A stretch of 64,000 nt of DNA from the human T2T-CHM13v2.0 reference genome, Homo sapiens, in assembly GCF_009914755.1 (NCBI RefSeq), contig NC_060928.1, one strand, 5' to 3'. Shown piece by piece: positions 26,717 through 39,306 of this stretch (position 1 is its first letter; every line of letters starts with the position of its first letter). Below the pieces are notes generated by a model. That model had not been told where the DNA came from and made no database searches. It saw only the letters and a list, made by a program, of their open reading frames with translations. The position numbers and the translations under genes are program-made.

Positions 26717-26800
26717 AATACCCTCTCATGCTGGGAGTATAACCAAATACCCTCTCATACATGGGAGTATAATACCCTCTCATACATGGGAGTATAACCA
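26717..26800. repeat. 25-30 bp tandem repeat x3
   Basis: aataccctctcat(gc/aca)tgggagtat(aacca) repeated three times. Confidence 0.95.
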
Positions 26801-27179
26801 AAACCTTATCTTTCAGTGTTGTCTTTTACTGCATACTTATAAACTTGAAATCCAACTTTATAAACATGGCTTCAACTATCTAAATATTTAACATTATAAA
26901 TTCAGCACTTCTTACCAAAGTTCTCATAAAAGTTGTTAACTCATTGATGTCTATACATTACTTCCATACTTTCCATATTGAAGAAAGCCAACAAACTTAG
27001 GATTCATCAGTTCCTTGATAAAATTAAAATCACACCACAATATACTAAAGAGCCACCTATAAGTGTATCTTTCAGCAAATTATTTTTGTCATAACCTTAT
27101 TTTATAATATTACTACTTGATAATATATGTAGTTTTGGTTAATTGTTTACTAGATGTACTTTTCACTATGTTTTTTTAT

Positions 27180-28141
27180 TTTTTAAACTTTTTTATTTTT
27201 AACTGTATGGATATATAATAGTTGAACATATTTCTAGGGTACATGTGAAATTTTAATACAGCCAGACAATGTGGAATGATTAAAATAGATAAATTGAGAT
27301 ATCCATCACCTGAGGTATTTTTATTTCTTTTTGTTAGGAACATTCCAATTCCACTTTTGTAGTTATTTTGAAATACACATTAAATTGTTAACTATAGCAA
27401 CCCTATTGTGCTACCTAATACAAGATCTTATTCCTTTTATCTGTATTTTTGTACCCATTAACCAACCTCTGTTTATTCTGCCCTTCTCTCTACCCTTCAC
27501 AGCCTCTGGTAACCACCATTCTACTCTCCATCTCCATGAGATCAACTTTTTAAGCTCCCACATATGAGTGAGAACATGCAATATTTGTCTTTCTGTGCCT
27601 GGCTTATTTTACTTAACATTATATCCTTGAGTTCCATCCCTGTTGTTGCAAATGGCAGTATTTTATTCTTTTTTATGGCTGAATAATATTTCACTGTGTA
27701 TACGTACCACATTTTATTTACCCTTTTATCCACTGATGGGCACTTTGGTTGATTCCAAATCTTCACTATTGTGAATAGTGCTGCCATAAACATAGGAGTT
27801 TAAAAATCTCTTCAATATACTGATTTCCTTTCCCATGGTTAAATGCCCGGTAGTAGGATTGCTGGATCATATGATAGTTCTATTTTTAGTTTTTTAAGGA
27901 ATATCCATACTGTTCTCCATACTGGCTGTACCAATTTACATTCCCACAAGTAATGTAGCAGGGTTCCCCTCCCTCCATATCCTTGCAAGTGTCGATAATT
28001 GCCTGACTTTATTATAAAAGCTATCTTTACTGAGTGATATGATATCTCATTATAGTTTTGATTTGCTTTTCTCTGATGACTGGTGATTTGAATATTTATT
28101 AATATACATTTTGGCCATTTGTATATCTTCCTTTGAGAAAT
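27180..28141 (-). mobile_element. L1MA-type 3' segment (non-inverted part of a twin-primed insertion)
   Basis: T-rich tail, L1MA 3'UTR, and ORF2 C-terminus MFMAALFTIVKIWNQPKCPS on the minus strand. Confidence 0.9.
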
Positions 28142-28441
28142 AACTTATAAAAATCAAATAAAAATTGAAGTAAAGACTTAAATATAAGATATGAAACTAT
28201 AAAACTACTAGAAAAAAATGTCAGGGACATGCTACAGGACATCAGTCTGGGAAAATATTTATTGAGTAAGACCTCGGAAGCATAGGCAAACAAAGCAAAA
28301 ATGGACAAATAAGATCACATCAAGCTGAAAACGTTTCTGTAGAGCAAAGGAAACAATTGACAAAATGAAGGGACAACCCACAGAACAAGAGAAAATATTT
28401 GCAAACTACTCATTTGACAAAGGATTAATAACCAGAATATA
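28142..28441 (+). mobile_element. Inverted ORF2 segment of the same L1MA; resumes at 35009-35120
   Basis: aaagacttaaatataag...ggattaataaccagaatat | ataaggagctaaagcactcaatag...gacatttctcaaaag is collinear L1 ORF2 across the nested element. Confidence 0.8.
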
Positions 28442-31400
28442 GAGCAAAGAGGCCGAGTAAGATGGCAGAATAGAAAGCCCCACCAATCGTCCCCCCAACA
28501 CAGGAAAACTCAATTCAATGACTACACACACACAAAAAAAAAAAAAAACCTTAAGAATCAAAAATCAGGTGAGCACTCACAGTACCTGGTTTTAACTTCA
28601 TATTACTGAAAGAGGCACTGAATAGGGTAGGAAAGATAGCCTTGACATGCTAATGGCATCGCTCCCCAACTTTCCCACAGTAGCTACATGGCACAGAGAA
28701 ATTCTTGCACTTGGGAGGGGGAGAGCTCAGCAATTGTGAGACTTAGCATGGAACTCAGTACTGCCCTGTCACAGCAGAAAGCAAAACTGGGCTGAACTCA
28801 GCTGATGTCCACCCACAGAGGGAGCATTCAGACCAGCCAGAAGGGAATCATGCATCCCCGTGGTCAGAATTTTCATTCTGGCAAGTCTCACCCTCATGGG
28901 CTGAAGTGCTCTGCGGCCCTAAATAAACTTGAAAGGCAATGTAGGCCACAAGGATTGCAAATTCTGGTGCTGAGCTAGGCTTGGAGCCAGTGGACTTGGG
29001 GGTTATGCAATTCACTGAGACATAAGCTGGGGCAGCTAAAGGAGTGCTTGCACCAACCCACCCCAAACCCCAGGCAACACAGCTCATGGCACCAAAACAG
29101 ACCTCTTACTTCCACTTGAGGAGAGGATAGGGAAGAGTATAGAGGACTTTTGTCTTGCATATTGGATACCAGCTCAGCCATAGTAGGATAGTGCACCACT
29201 CACAGTTGTGAGGCCCCTATTCTAGGCACTAGCTCCTGAACAACATTTCAAGGCATACCCTGGGCCAGAAGGCCAGAAGTTATTGTCTTTAATGGAGGGT
29301 GACACAGTCCTGCTAGGATGCTTCAGCTGTTTACTAATGAGCCCTTTGGCCCTGAATAGTCACTGGCAGTCCAGATAGTATGCCATGGGCCTTGGGTGAG
29401 ATTCTGAGGCATACTAACTTAGTTAAGACCCAGAGTATTCCCAGCTGTTGTGTCTATAGTGAGAGACTCCTTCTGTTTGAGAAAAGCAAAGGGAAAAGTA
29501 AAGGGGACTTTGTCTTTCACCCTATGTACCAGATCAGCCACAGTGGGGTAGAACACCAAGCAGACCCTTTGGGTTCACTATTCCCAACTTTGGGCCTTGT
29601 GAAGCATTGCTGGACATTCTCTGGCACTGAGGTGAGCCTGCTGTCCTGAAGGATGAGTCCCAGGTCTGGTAGCATTCACTACCAGACTACTGCTGATATT
29701 CACTTAATGCTCAAGAGCACACACAGTACCTGGTTTTAACTTCATATTACTGAAAGAGGCACTGAATAGGGTAGGAAAGATAGTCTTGAAGTGCTAATGC
29801 CACCACTCCCCCACTGTCTCACAGTAGCTACATTGCAGTAGTCTGGTAGTACTCTCTGTGGGCCTATGGTGGTGGTGGCAATGGAGTGAGGTTCTTCTGC
29901 CTATGGAAAGGGGAAGGAAGAGTGGGAAGAACTTTCTAATTGTTTGAGGGCCACCTCATCCACAGTAAAGTAGAGCATCAAGTAGAGTTCTAAGTTGTTT
30001 CACTTTGGCCCCTAGCTCCTGGACAGCATCTCTGGACCCTCTTGGATCCTGGAGGAACTTGTCATCCAAAGGAAAGGACACAAGCTTGGCTGTCTTCACC
30101 ACCTGCTGATTGTAGAACCCTCGGTACTTGAGTGAACATAGGTGGTAGCCAGGTAGTGGTTATAATGAGCTTTGGGTGAGACTCATTACTGTACTGTCTT
30201 TAGGTATGACCCAGCACAGTCCCAGTTGTGGTGGCCACAGAGTTGCTTATGTCACACCTTCCCCAGCCCCAGGCAGCTCAGTACAGAGAGAGAGAGAGAG
30301 AGAGAGACTCTGTATGTCTGGGGAAAATAAGGGAAAATAACAGAGTCCCTGCCTTTGAGGGAATTCAGAGAATTCTTCTAGCTCTTATGCAAGACTACCA
30401 AGGCAGTATCTCCACAAGTTTGCAAAAGTCACAGCATTATTGGGCTTGGGGTGTTCCCTAATGCTGATAAGGCTTATATTACAATACCCAAGTTCTTCAG
30501 AGTACGTGGAAAGCACTGCCAAGAAGGATAGAAACAAACAGGCCCAGATTGTGAAGACTGCAAATAGACAAAAAGTTGAAAAATGGGGGAAAAATTTAAA
30601 GTGTACATTTTTATTATTTTTCTTTTGCTTGTTTATTTACGCAGAGTGCTAAGTTACTATTAGCTTAAAATAGTTGATTATGAGAAGTTCGAAAGCCTGA
30701 AGGTAACCTCAAATCAAAAACATACAATGGATACACAAAAAAGAAAAAGCAAGGAATTAAATCATACCACCAGAGAAAAGAACCTTCATTAAAACAAAGA
30801 CAGGAAGGAAAGAAAGAAGGAATACAAGACCACAAAAGAACCAGAAAACAAAATGGCAGGAGTAAGTCCTTACTTATTAATAATAACATTGAATGTGAAT
30901 GGACTAAAATCTTTAATAAAAAGATAGAGTGGCCAAATTGATAATGAAACAAGACCCAAAGATCTGTTGCCTAAAATAAACACATTTCACCTATAAAGCT
31001 ACATATAGACTGAAAAGAAAGGGATGGAAAAAGATATGTCATACCAATGGAAACCAAAAAAAAAAAAAAAAAGCAGGAGTAGTTATACTTATATCAGAAA
31101 AAGTAGATTTCAAGACCAAAACTCTCATAAGAGACAAAGAAGGTCATTATATAATGATTAAGGGGTCATTAAAACAAGAAGATGTAACAATTTAAAATAT
31201 AAAATATATATTCACCTGACACAAAAGCACTAGATATAAAAAGCAAATATTATTAGAGATCAAGAAAGAGGCAGAACCCAATAAAATAATCTCTGGAGAA
31301 TTCAGCTCTCCACTTTGAATTTGGACTTAACTCCTAGACAGAAAATCAACAAAGAAACATTATATGTAAATTGCACTGCAGACTAAAAGGACCTAGTATA

Positions 31401-34400
31401 CATTTACAGAACATTTCACACAATGGCTGCACAATACACTCTTTTCCTCAGCACATGGATCATTCTCAAGGAAAGAACATATGTTAATCAACAAAACCAA
31501 TCTTAAAACATTAAAAAACTGAAATAATATCAAGCATCTTCTCTGACCTCAATGGAACAAAACTAGAAATTAATAACAAGAGGAATTTTGGTAACTATGC
31601 AAACACATGGAAATGAAGCAATATGCCTCTCAATAATCAGTGGGTCAATAAAGAAACAGGAAAGGAAATTTAAGATTTTCTTGAAACAAATGATAATGGA
31701 AACATGACATACCAAAACCTATGGGATACAGAGAAAGCATTACCAAGAGGGAAGTTTATTGCTATAAGCGCCTACATCAAAAAAGAAGAAAAACTTCAAA
31801 TAAAAATCTGATGATGAATCTTAAATAACTAGAAAAGTAAGAGCAAACCAAACCCAAATTTAGTAGAAGAAAATAAATAATAAAGACCAGAGCAAAGATA
31901 AATGAAATTGCAATGAAGAAAACAACACAATAGAGCAATGAAACAAAAAGCTAGTTTTTTCAAAAGATAAGCAAAATTGACAAACCATTAACCAGAATAA
32001 GAAAAAAAGAGACAAGACTCAAATAAATAAAATCAGAAATGAAAAGAAGACATTACAATTAATATTGCAGAAATTCAAAAGATCATTAATGACCACTATA
32101 ACCAACAATATGCCAAGAAATAAGAAAATCTAGAAGAAATGTATAAATTTCTAGACACATAAAACCTAATAAGATTGAAACCGAACCATAAAGGAATTCA
32201 AAACCTGAACAGAGCAATTACAAGTAGCATGATCAAAGCCATAATATGAAGCCTCCCAAAAAAGCAAAGTCTGAGTCCCAGTGGCTTCACTGCTGAATTC
32301 CACCAAACATTTAAGAAAAACTAATACCAGTCATATTCAAGCTACTCCAAAAAAAAGAGAATGGAATACTTCCAAACTCATTATATGAGGCCAGTATTAC
32401 CTTGTTACCAGAACCAGACAAATACAGATTTAAAAAAAAAAACCTATGGAATAATATCACTGATTAATACTGATGCAAATATCCTCAAAAATACTAGCAA
32501 ACCGAATTCAACAATGCATTAAAAAGATTATTCATTATAACCAAGTAGGATTAATTGTAGGTATACGAGGATAGCTTTACATACATAAACCGATCAATGT
32601 GATTATCATATAAGCAGAATGAAGAACAAAAATCATATGATGACTTCAACTGTTACTGAAAAAGCATTTGATAAGTTTCAGCATGCTTTTATAATAAAAA
32701 CCCTCAAAAAATGGGTGCAGAAGGAACATACCTCAACATAATAAAAGCCATATATGACAGACCAACAATTATGGGGAAAAACTGAAAACCTTTTCTCTAA
32801 GATTTGGAAGGGGACACGTATGCCCACTTTTATGACTTATTCAACATAGTACATGAAGTCCTATCAAAGTAATTAAACAAGAGAAAGGAAAAAAGGGCAT
32901 TTGAATTGGGAAGGAAGAAATCAACTTATCCTTGTATGCAGATGATAAAATCTTATATTTGGAAAAACCTAAAAACTCTAATACAAAACACTTAGAACTG
33001 ATAAACAATTCAGTAAAGTTGCAGGATATAAAGTCAATATACAAAAATCAGTAGCATTTCCATATGTCAACAGTGAACAATCTGAAAAATAAAGGAAGAA
33101 AGTAATCCTATTTACAATAGCTACAAATAAAATTAAATACCTAGGGATTAATTTAACCAAATAAATGAAAGATCTTTACAATGAATACTATAAAACATTG
33201 GTGGAAGAAATAGAAGAGGACACAAAAAATGAAAAGACATTCCATATTCACAAATTGGAAAAATTACTGTTGTTAAAATGTCCATACTATGCAGAGCAAT
33301 CTACAGATTCATTTCAATCCTTATCAAAATACCAATGACATTTTTCACAGAAATTAAAAAAACTAAAATTTATATGGAACCACAAAAGATCCATAATAGC
33401 CAAAGTCATCTCGAGCAAAAAGAACAAAACTGGAGGAATCACATTACTTGACTTCAAATTATACTACAGAGCTATAGTATCCAAAATGGCATGGTACTAG
33501 CATAAAAATACACACAGACCAGTGGAACAGAATAGAGAAAGCAGAAATAAATTCTTATATCTACAGTAAACTAATTTTCCACAATGGTGCCAAGAACATA
33601 CATTGAAAGGACAGTCTCTTCAATAAATTGTCATGGGAAAACTGGGTATCCATATGCAGAAGAATGAAACTAGACCCCTATCTCTAGCCATATACAAAAA
33701 TCAAATCAAAACAAATTAAAGATTTAAATCTAAGATCTCAAACTATGAAAGTACTACAAGAAAACATTTGGGAAACTCTCAAGGACATTGGACTAGGCAA
33801 AGATTTGTTGAACAATACCCCACAAGCACAGGCAACCAAAACGAAAATGAATGAATGGGATCTCATCAAGTTAAAAAGCTTCTACACAGCTAAGGAGACA
33901 ATCAACAAACTAAAGACACACTCCACAGAATAACAAGAGATTAATAACCAGAATATATAAGGAGATCAAATAACTTACAGGAAAAAATCTAGTAACCTAA
34001 TTTAAAAACTTGGCAAAAGATACGAATAGGTATTTCTCAAAAAAAGATGTACAAATGGCCAACAGGTGTATGAAAAGGTACTCAATATCACCGATCATCA
34101 GATAAATCAAATCAAAACTACAATGAGATATGTCACCCCAGTTAAAATGGCTTTTATTTAAAAGACTCAATAACAAATGCTGGTGAGGATGTGGAGAAAA
34201 GGGAACCCTCCTACACAGTCGGTGGGAATATAAATTAGTACAACTGCTATGGAGAACAGATTGGAGGATTCTCAGAAAAGTAAAGTCAAAGCTACCAAAT
34301 GATCCAGCCATTCCACTTCAAGGTATATACGCCTCCCAAAAGGAAATTATTATATCAAAGAGATATCTCTACTCCCATGTTTATTGGAACACTGCTGTCA

Positions 34401-35006
34401 ATAGCCACGAATTGGAAGCAATGTAAGTGTCCATCAAAAGATAAATGAATAAAGAAAATGTGGCATGTGTACATAATGGGGTACTATTCAGCCATAAAAA
34501 GAATGAGGTCCTGTCATTTGCAACAACATGGATGGAACTGGAGGTCATTATAACTGAAATGAGGCAGGCCCAGAAAGACAAACTATATGTTCTCACATAT
34601 TTGTGGGAGCTAAAAATTAAAGCAATTGAACTTAGGAGAATAGAGAGTAAAAGGATGGTTACCAGACCCTGGAAAGTGCTGTGGAGGAGTGGTGAGGAAG
34701 CACGGATGCTTAATGTGCACAAAAACTAGAAAGAATGAATAAGACCCAGGATTTGCTAGGATAACAGGGTAACTCTAGTAAAAAATAATTTAATTGTACA
34801 TTTTAAAATAACTAAAAGAGTGTAATTGGATTGCTTGAAACACAAAGGATAACTTTTTGAGGTGATAGATAAGCCATTTACCCTGATGGCATCATTATGC
34901 ATCACATTCTTGTATCAGAATATCTCATGCAACCCATAAATATGTACACATACTATGTACCCACAAAAATAAAAAATAAAAAAATTAATTACTGTCAGAA
35001 AAAATC
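28442..35006 (+). mobile_element. L1MA2/3-type LINE-1: about 2.1-kb 5'UTR, ORF1 missing, decayed ORF2, 3'UTR and A tail
   Basis: gaggccgagtaagatggcagaatag L1 start with YY1-like aagatggc; ORF2 start atggcaggagtaagtcc at 30853; LYADD at about 32932; 3' end tactatgtacccacaaaaataaaaaataaa. Confidence 0.9.
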
Positions 35007-35908
35007 AATAATAAGGAGCTAAAGCACTCAATAGCAAAGAAGAAAACTAAACAAATAATCCAATTAAAAATTGGCAAAAGGCCTGAGTTGACATTTCTCA
35101 AAAGAAAACATGCAAATGCCTTCTTTAATTTCTTTCAGTAATGTTCATTTCTAATTTTTGTGTGTGCATTGTAGATGATTATGTTCTCTACGTATTACAT
35201 TGGATTTAATCCCAAATGTTTGCTTTTTTTGTTGCTATTGAACTTAAACTTTAAAAATGGAATTCATTTGCTCTTATTTAGACATTAGGTTGAGTTTTAC
35301 ATGTTACATAATATTCAGGCACCTTGCAAAAGGCATTAGTTCTAATAGTTTATATAGAGATTTTCTATAATATTGCATCATACATAATTATGGCATATGT
35401 ACCCAGGCAGAGTTTTATTGCTTCTTCCAAATTCTTACATCTTTTATTTGTTTTTTTTTTTTTTTGGTATTGCTTATAAGATAGAACTTTTAGCGTGTCA
35501 AACAGAAGTGTTGATAGCATACACTTTTATCTCTTCACATTCTGAAAGAAATAGCCTTCACCATTACATAATGACATTACTTGTTATTGCTTTAAAATAT
35601 CCCTTATTTTTCTACTTTGATAAATGTTTTATTTATTTTTAAAACATAAGTGGATTTTTCTCCTCCAACGTTCTGATCAGATAAATGTTCTCTTTTATTC
35701 TGTTAATCTGAGAAATTAATTTAATGGATTTTCTCATACTTAGACAACATTTTATTCCTGAGTCACCCTAAACATTCCATATTACCTCCTTAGAATGCTG
35801 TTGGATCCCTTTAGTCATAATTAGTAAAGGTGATTCTCAATTATGTATGTGAGACTGATTTGAAATGTCTATTTTTTATATGTTCCTTGGTATATTTTTA
35901 TATTGGAA

Positions 35909-36229
35909 ATGCTTGCCTCATAAAATGAGTTGGAGAGTATTACCCTTTATTCTTGGAAAGAATGTAATCATTGTTTAAAATTTAAATTTTAATTATGTTA
36001 TCTTAAGTAAATATGTGATGAATATAGCCATGATACCATGGGGGTTTGGAGTTATTTTGTGGAAAATATGCTTGCCTCATAAAATGAGTTGAGGGGTATT
36101 ACCCTTTATACTTTGAAAGAATGTAATCATTGTTTAAAATTTAAATTTTAATTATATTCATCATAAGTAAATATGTGATGGAATATAACCATAATGCCAA
36201 TGGGGTTTGGAGTTATTTTTTGTGGAAAA
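35909..36229. repeat. About 160-bp tandem duplication
   Basis: Copies 35909-36066 and 36068-36229, both atgcttgcctcataaaatgagttg...ttggagttatttt(tt)gtggaaaa. Confidence 0.95.
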
Positions 36230-36264
36230 ACTTGTAATTATGGCTTAAATTTATTGAACAGTTT

Positions 36265-37100
36265 ATTAGATTAAATGGTGGTACCTAAAAATATATGTTC
36301 ATGTCCTAGAACCTGTGAACATGACCTTATTTAGAAAAAGGTTCTGTGCAGATTTAATTTAAAGATCTTGAGATGAAACAGATCATCCTGATTTAATTGG
36401 TGGGTGGGTCACTGGATGAGTGCTAAATCCAGTGATGTGCCTTTAAAAGAGATGCAGAGATATACACACGGGAAGAAGGAGAAGGCCACATGTAGACAGA
36501 GACAGAGATTGGAGTTAGGCAGCTACAAGCAAAAGACATGGAGTCACTAGAAGCTTGAGGAGGTTAAAAAAAAATTCTACCCTACAGCTTTTGACAGGAG
36601 CATAGTCCTGCCAACACTTTGATTTAACACTTCTGTAGTATATATACCATAAAATACTACTCAGTAATAAAAAAGAATGAAATCATGATTTTTGCAAAAA
36701 CATGAAGGGAACTGCAGGCTATTATCCTAAGTAAAATAACTTATAAACAAAGTCAAAAACCACAAGTTCTCACTTGTAAGTGAGAGCTAAGCAATGGGTC
36801 CACAAGCACATACAGAGTGGAATAATAGACATTAGAGACAGCAAAAGTGAAAGGGCGGACTGGGGTGAGGGATTAAACGCTACCTATTGAGTACAATGTA
36901 CACCATTCAGGTGATACACTAAAAACCCAGACTTCCTTACTACACAATATATCCATGTAACACAACTGCACTTGTACCCCTAAATCTATAAACATTAAAA
37001 TAAAACATCTGAACTCCAGAACAGTGATATAATAAATTTCTGTTGTTTTAAGCCACTGCACTTGTCGTAATTCATTATAGCAGCTCTAGGAAACTGTACA
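36265..37100 (+). mobile_element. MaLR LTR (MLT1B/C/D-like), split by an L1PB fragment
   Basis: gaacctgtgaacatgaccttattt...cctgccaacactttgatttaacacttctg | aactccagaacagtga...aataaatttctgttgttttaagccac. Confidence 0.8.
36636..37005 (+). mobile_element. 5'-truncated L1PB-type 3' end
   Basis: catacagagtggaataatagacatt...atatatccatgtaacacaactgcacttgtacccctaaatcta plus A tail; degenerate TSD aacacttctg/aaacatctg. Confidence 0.85.
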
Positions 37101-39306
37101 AATAGATGTAGAAAGCTTCAAATTTTTCTTTTCTTCTTATATCAATTTTAGTGAATTTTATTTTCTATGGTCTGTTTTATCTTAACTTTCATTTGCATAA
37201 AGTCATTTATGATATCTTTTCTTACTCCTAGTATTTGTAATTTGTGTATTTCCATTTGCTTTACTTCATTAGCCTTCAAAGAGCTTTGCCATTTTATCAC
37301 TTTTTACGAAGATCAATTATCTGCCTGTGATAATCCTCTATGTTCACTTGCTATTTCTTTAATTTCTGTCTTTATGTCTATTATTTTATTTTTTGCAATT
37401 AGCTGTTTTTAATGTTGTTTTTCTAAATTTTTGATATGAATACTTGATTTATTGATTTTCAGCCTCTTTTATTTTCTAATGTATCAATTCAAGTCTATAA
37501 TTTTCCTAAAGTCCTAAGTCATCTACGCCTTTCAATTTTTATTATGTCATATTTTATTTTCATTGAATTAAAATTTAATGAGTTATTTTACAGCTAGATT
37601 AGGACAACCGTAAGTCAGGTATTCACTCTTAAACAAGATGTAGCTGAAATACGAAAGCTAATCATGTATAATATATTGTTTAAGTTCAAAACTCCCCCAA
37701 CAATATCAACAACCTGCTAGTTTACACTGTTTAAGGATGTGTAGATTGATGGTTTGCGCCTGGTTTAGCCATATAAGCTGACTTGGCTTCCTAATCAGCT
37801 TAAATGGTTAAGCCATTTACCATTTAAGGATAAAAGACCTCACCGGAAATTTTGCCTGAAATCTCATGTAACAAAGGTTTCTCACACTTATATTGCTGAT
37901 TAACAACCTGGCAACAAAGCACAAAAAGAGCAACTAAGAAAGTACTGTAAGGAGTTGTGCTTGTAAGTTCTCAGGCTCGTGAGGCCTACTTGTGCTTTCT
38001 TTCTCCTTCTGGATTATCTTTTTCTGGTTGATATCCTTACAGGACTATTCTCTGTAGAGCCTTATAAATCTTTTCAATTACCCAATTGTGCAAGTAACAA
38101 TGTTATCACAATATTGAAGTGACCTTTGACCGTATCATACACATAAGGTGCAGTCATATTCTGCATTTTCTGAGATAGAGGGGCAAACTCCCAATTTAAG
38201 AATAATGACAGATGTATGAATCTCATACCCCCAAAGAGGTACACTCACAACTGTACCTGAGATATTAAATGGAATGTTCTTCTGAAGTGCTGAAATATTG
38301 ACAACACAAGCAATTTTTTTTCTCTAATCTACATCTTTGAATAAGTGATGGTTGATTTTGGGATAATAGAGCCCTCAATTGCTTAGTTGTTTACCCACAT
38401 TTACTTTCTACTTTTGTCCTATATACTTTACCTTCAATGAAATCTTATGTGAGCTTAATCTGTGGAAGCTTGTGAGTTGTTTTAATTATCCAACTTGTGT
38501 AATGACTGTACATATGCCCTTGAAAAGAATGGATATTCTTCAGATCATGGGTGTAATCTTATTAATAGATCACTTAAGTAAATTGCTTTGAACACATTAA
38601 TTAAATGTCTCTATCTTTACTGATATTTTCTGCTGCTTCTCTCAGTTCCAGAGACTTCCATGTTAAAATATCCTACTCTTTTCAGTCCTAGAAGTTTCTG
38701 TTTATGTATTTTGAACTTTATGAGGTTTATGCAACGGTAAATTATGTTATAATCCGAGTGAATTAAAGCTTTTTTAAAATCACTGATAAAAAAAGAAAAC
38801 AAAAAAATTACAGTTCTATTGCCTCATTTTGTATGTTGAATTTAAGAAATTTGATATCAGTGTCTTCCTTTTGCCTTTGTAAATTGTTTTACTTTTTGTT
38901 TAGAGATCTAAATTACTTTTGTTTGTTTTTAAAATCTAATAGATTTACTATGTTGAATTTCAAGTTGATCTACTTGCATTAATTCTCTCAGGAACACAAG
39001 GAATAGACCTTTTCAGTAAGTGGTATTTTCTTTTAATTAGGGGACTATTTTAAAAATTGCAGCATAAAAATTACTCTTAGCACATTTTATTTTTCTTATT
39101 CAGGGATTCCAATTACAGTAAGATTATAATTGATTTTCCTGTTTTTAGCCACCATTTTTTCTCGAAATTGTTTTATCTGATTTTTCTTTTCTGGGTTGTT
39201 TGCCTGCCATTTTTAAATTTACCTTATTAAAATTTCATTTGTTTATATTCTTCTTGTATATAATCTAAAATTTAATATTCATTTAGAATATGATTTTATT
39301 CTTTTC

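Larger units (their letters stand above)
35121..39300 (-). mobile_element. Very old L1 (L1ME/L1M-type) ORF2 remnants hosting younger insertions
   Basis: ttctttaatttctttcagtaatg, tgcctcataaaatgagttgg, ttgatttattgattttcagcct, tgcccttgaaaagaatg are reverse-strand L1 ORF2 motifs. Confidence 0.65.

Noticed and set aside
26717-26800. CRISPR-like array
   Set aside because: The units are contiguous without unique spacers, there are no cas genes, and the context is eukaryotic
34985-35006. Short 3' transduction after the L1MA tail (ttaattactgtcag + A6)
   Set aside because: Too short and decayed to distinguish from tail mutation, and the TSD is not clearly defined
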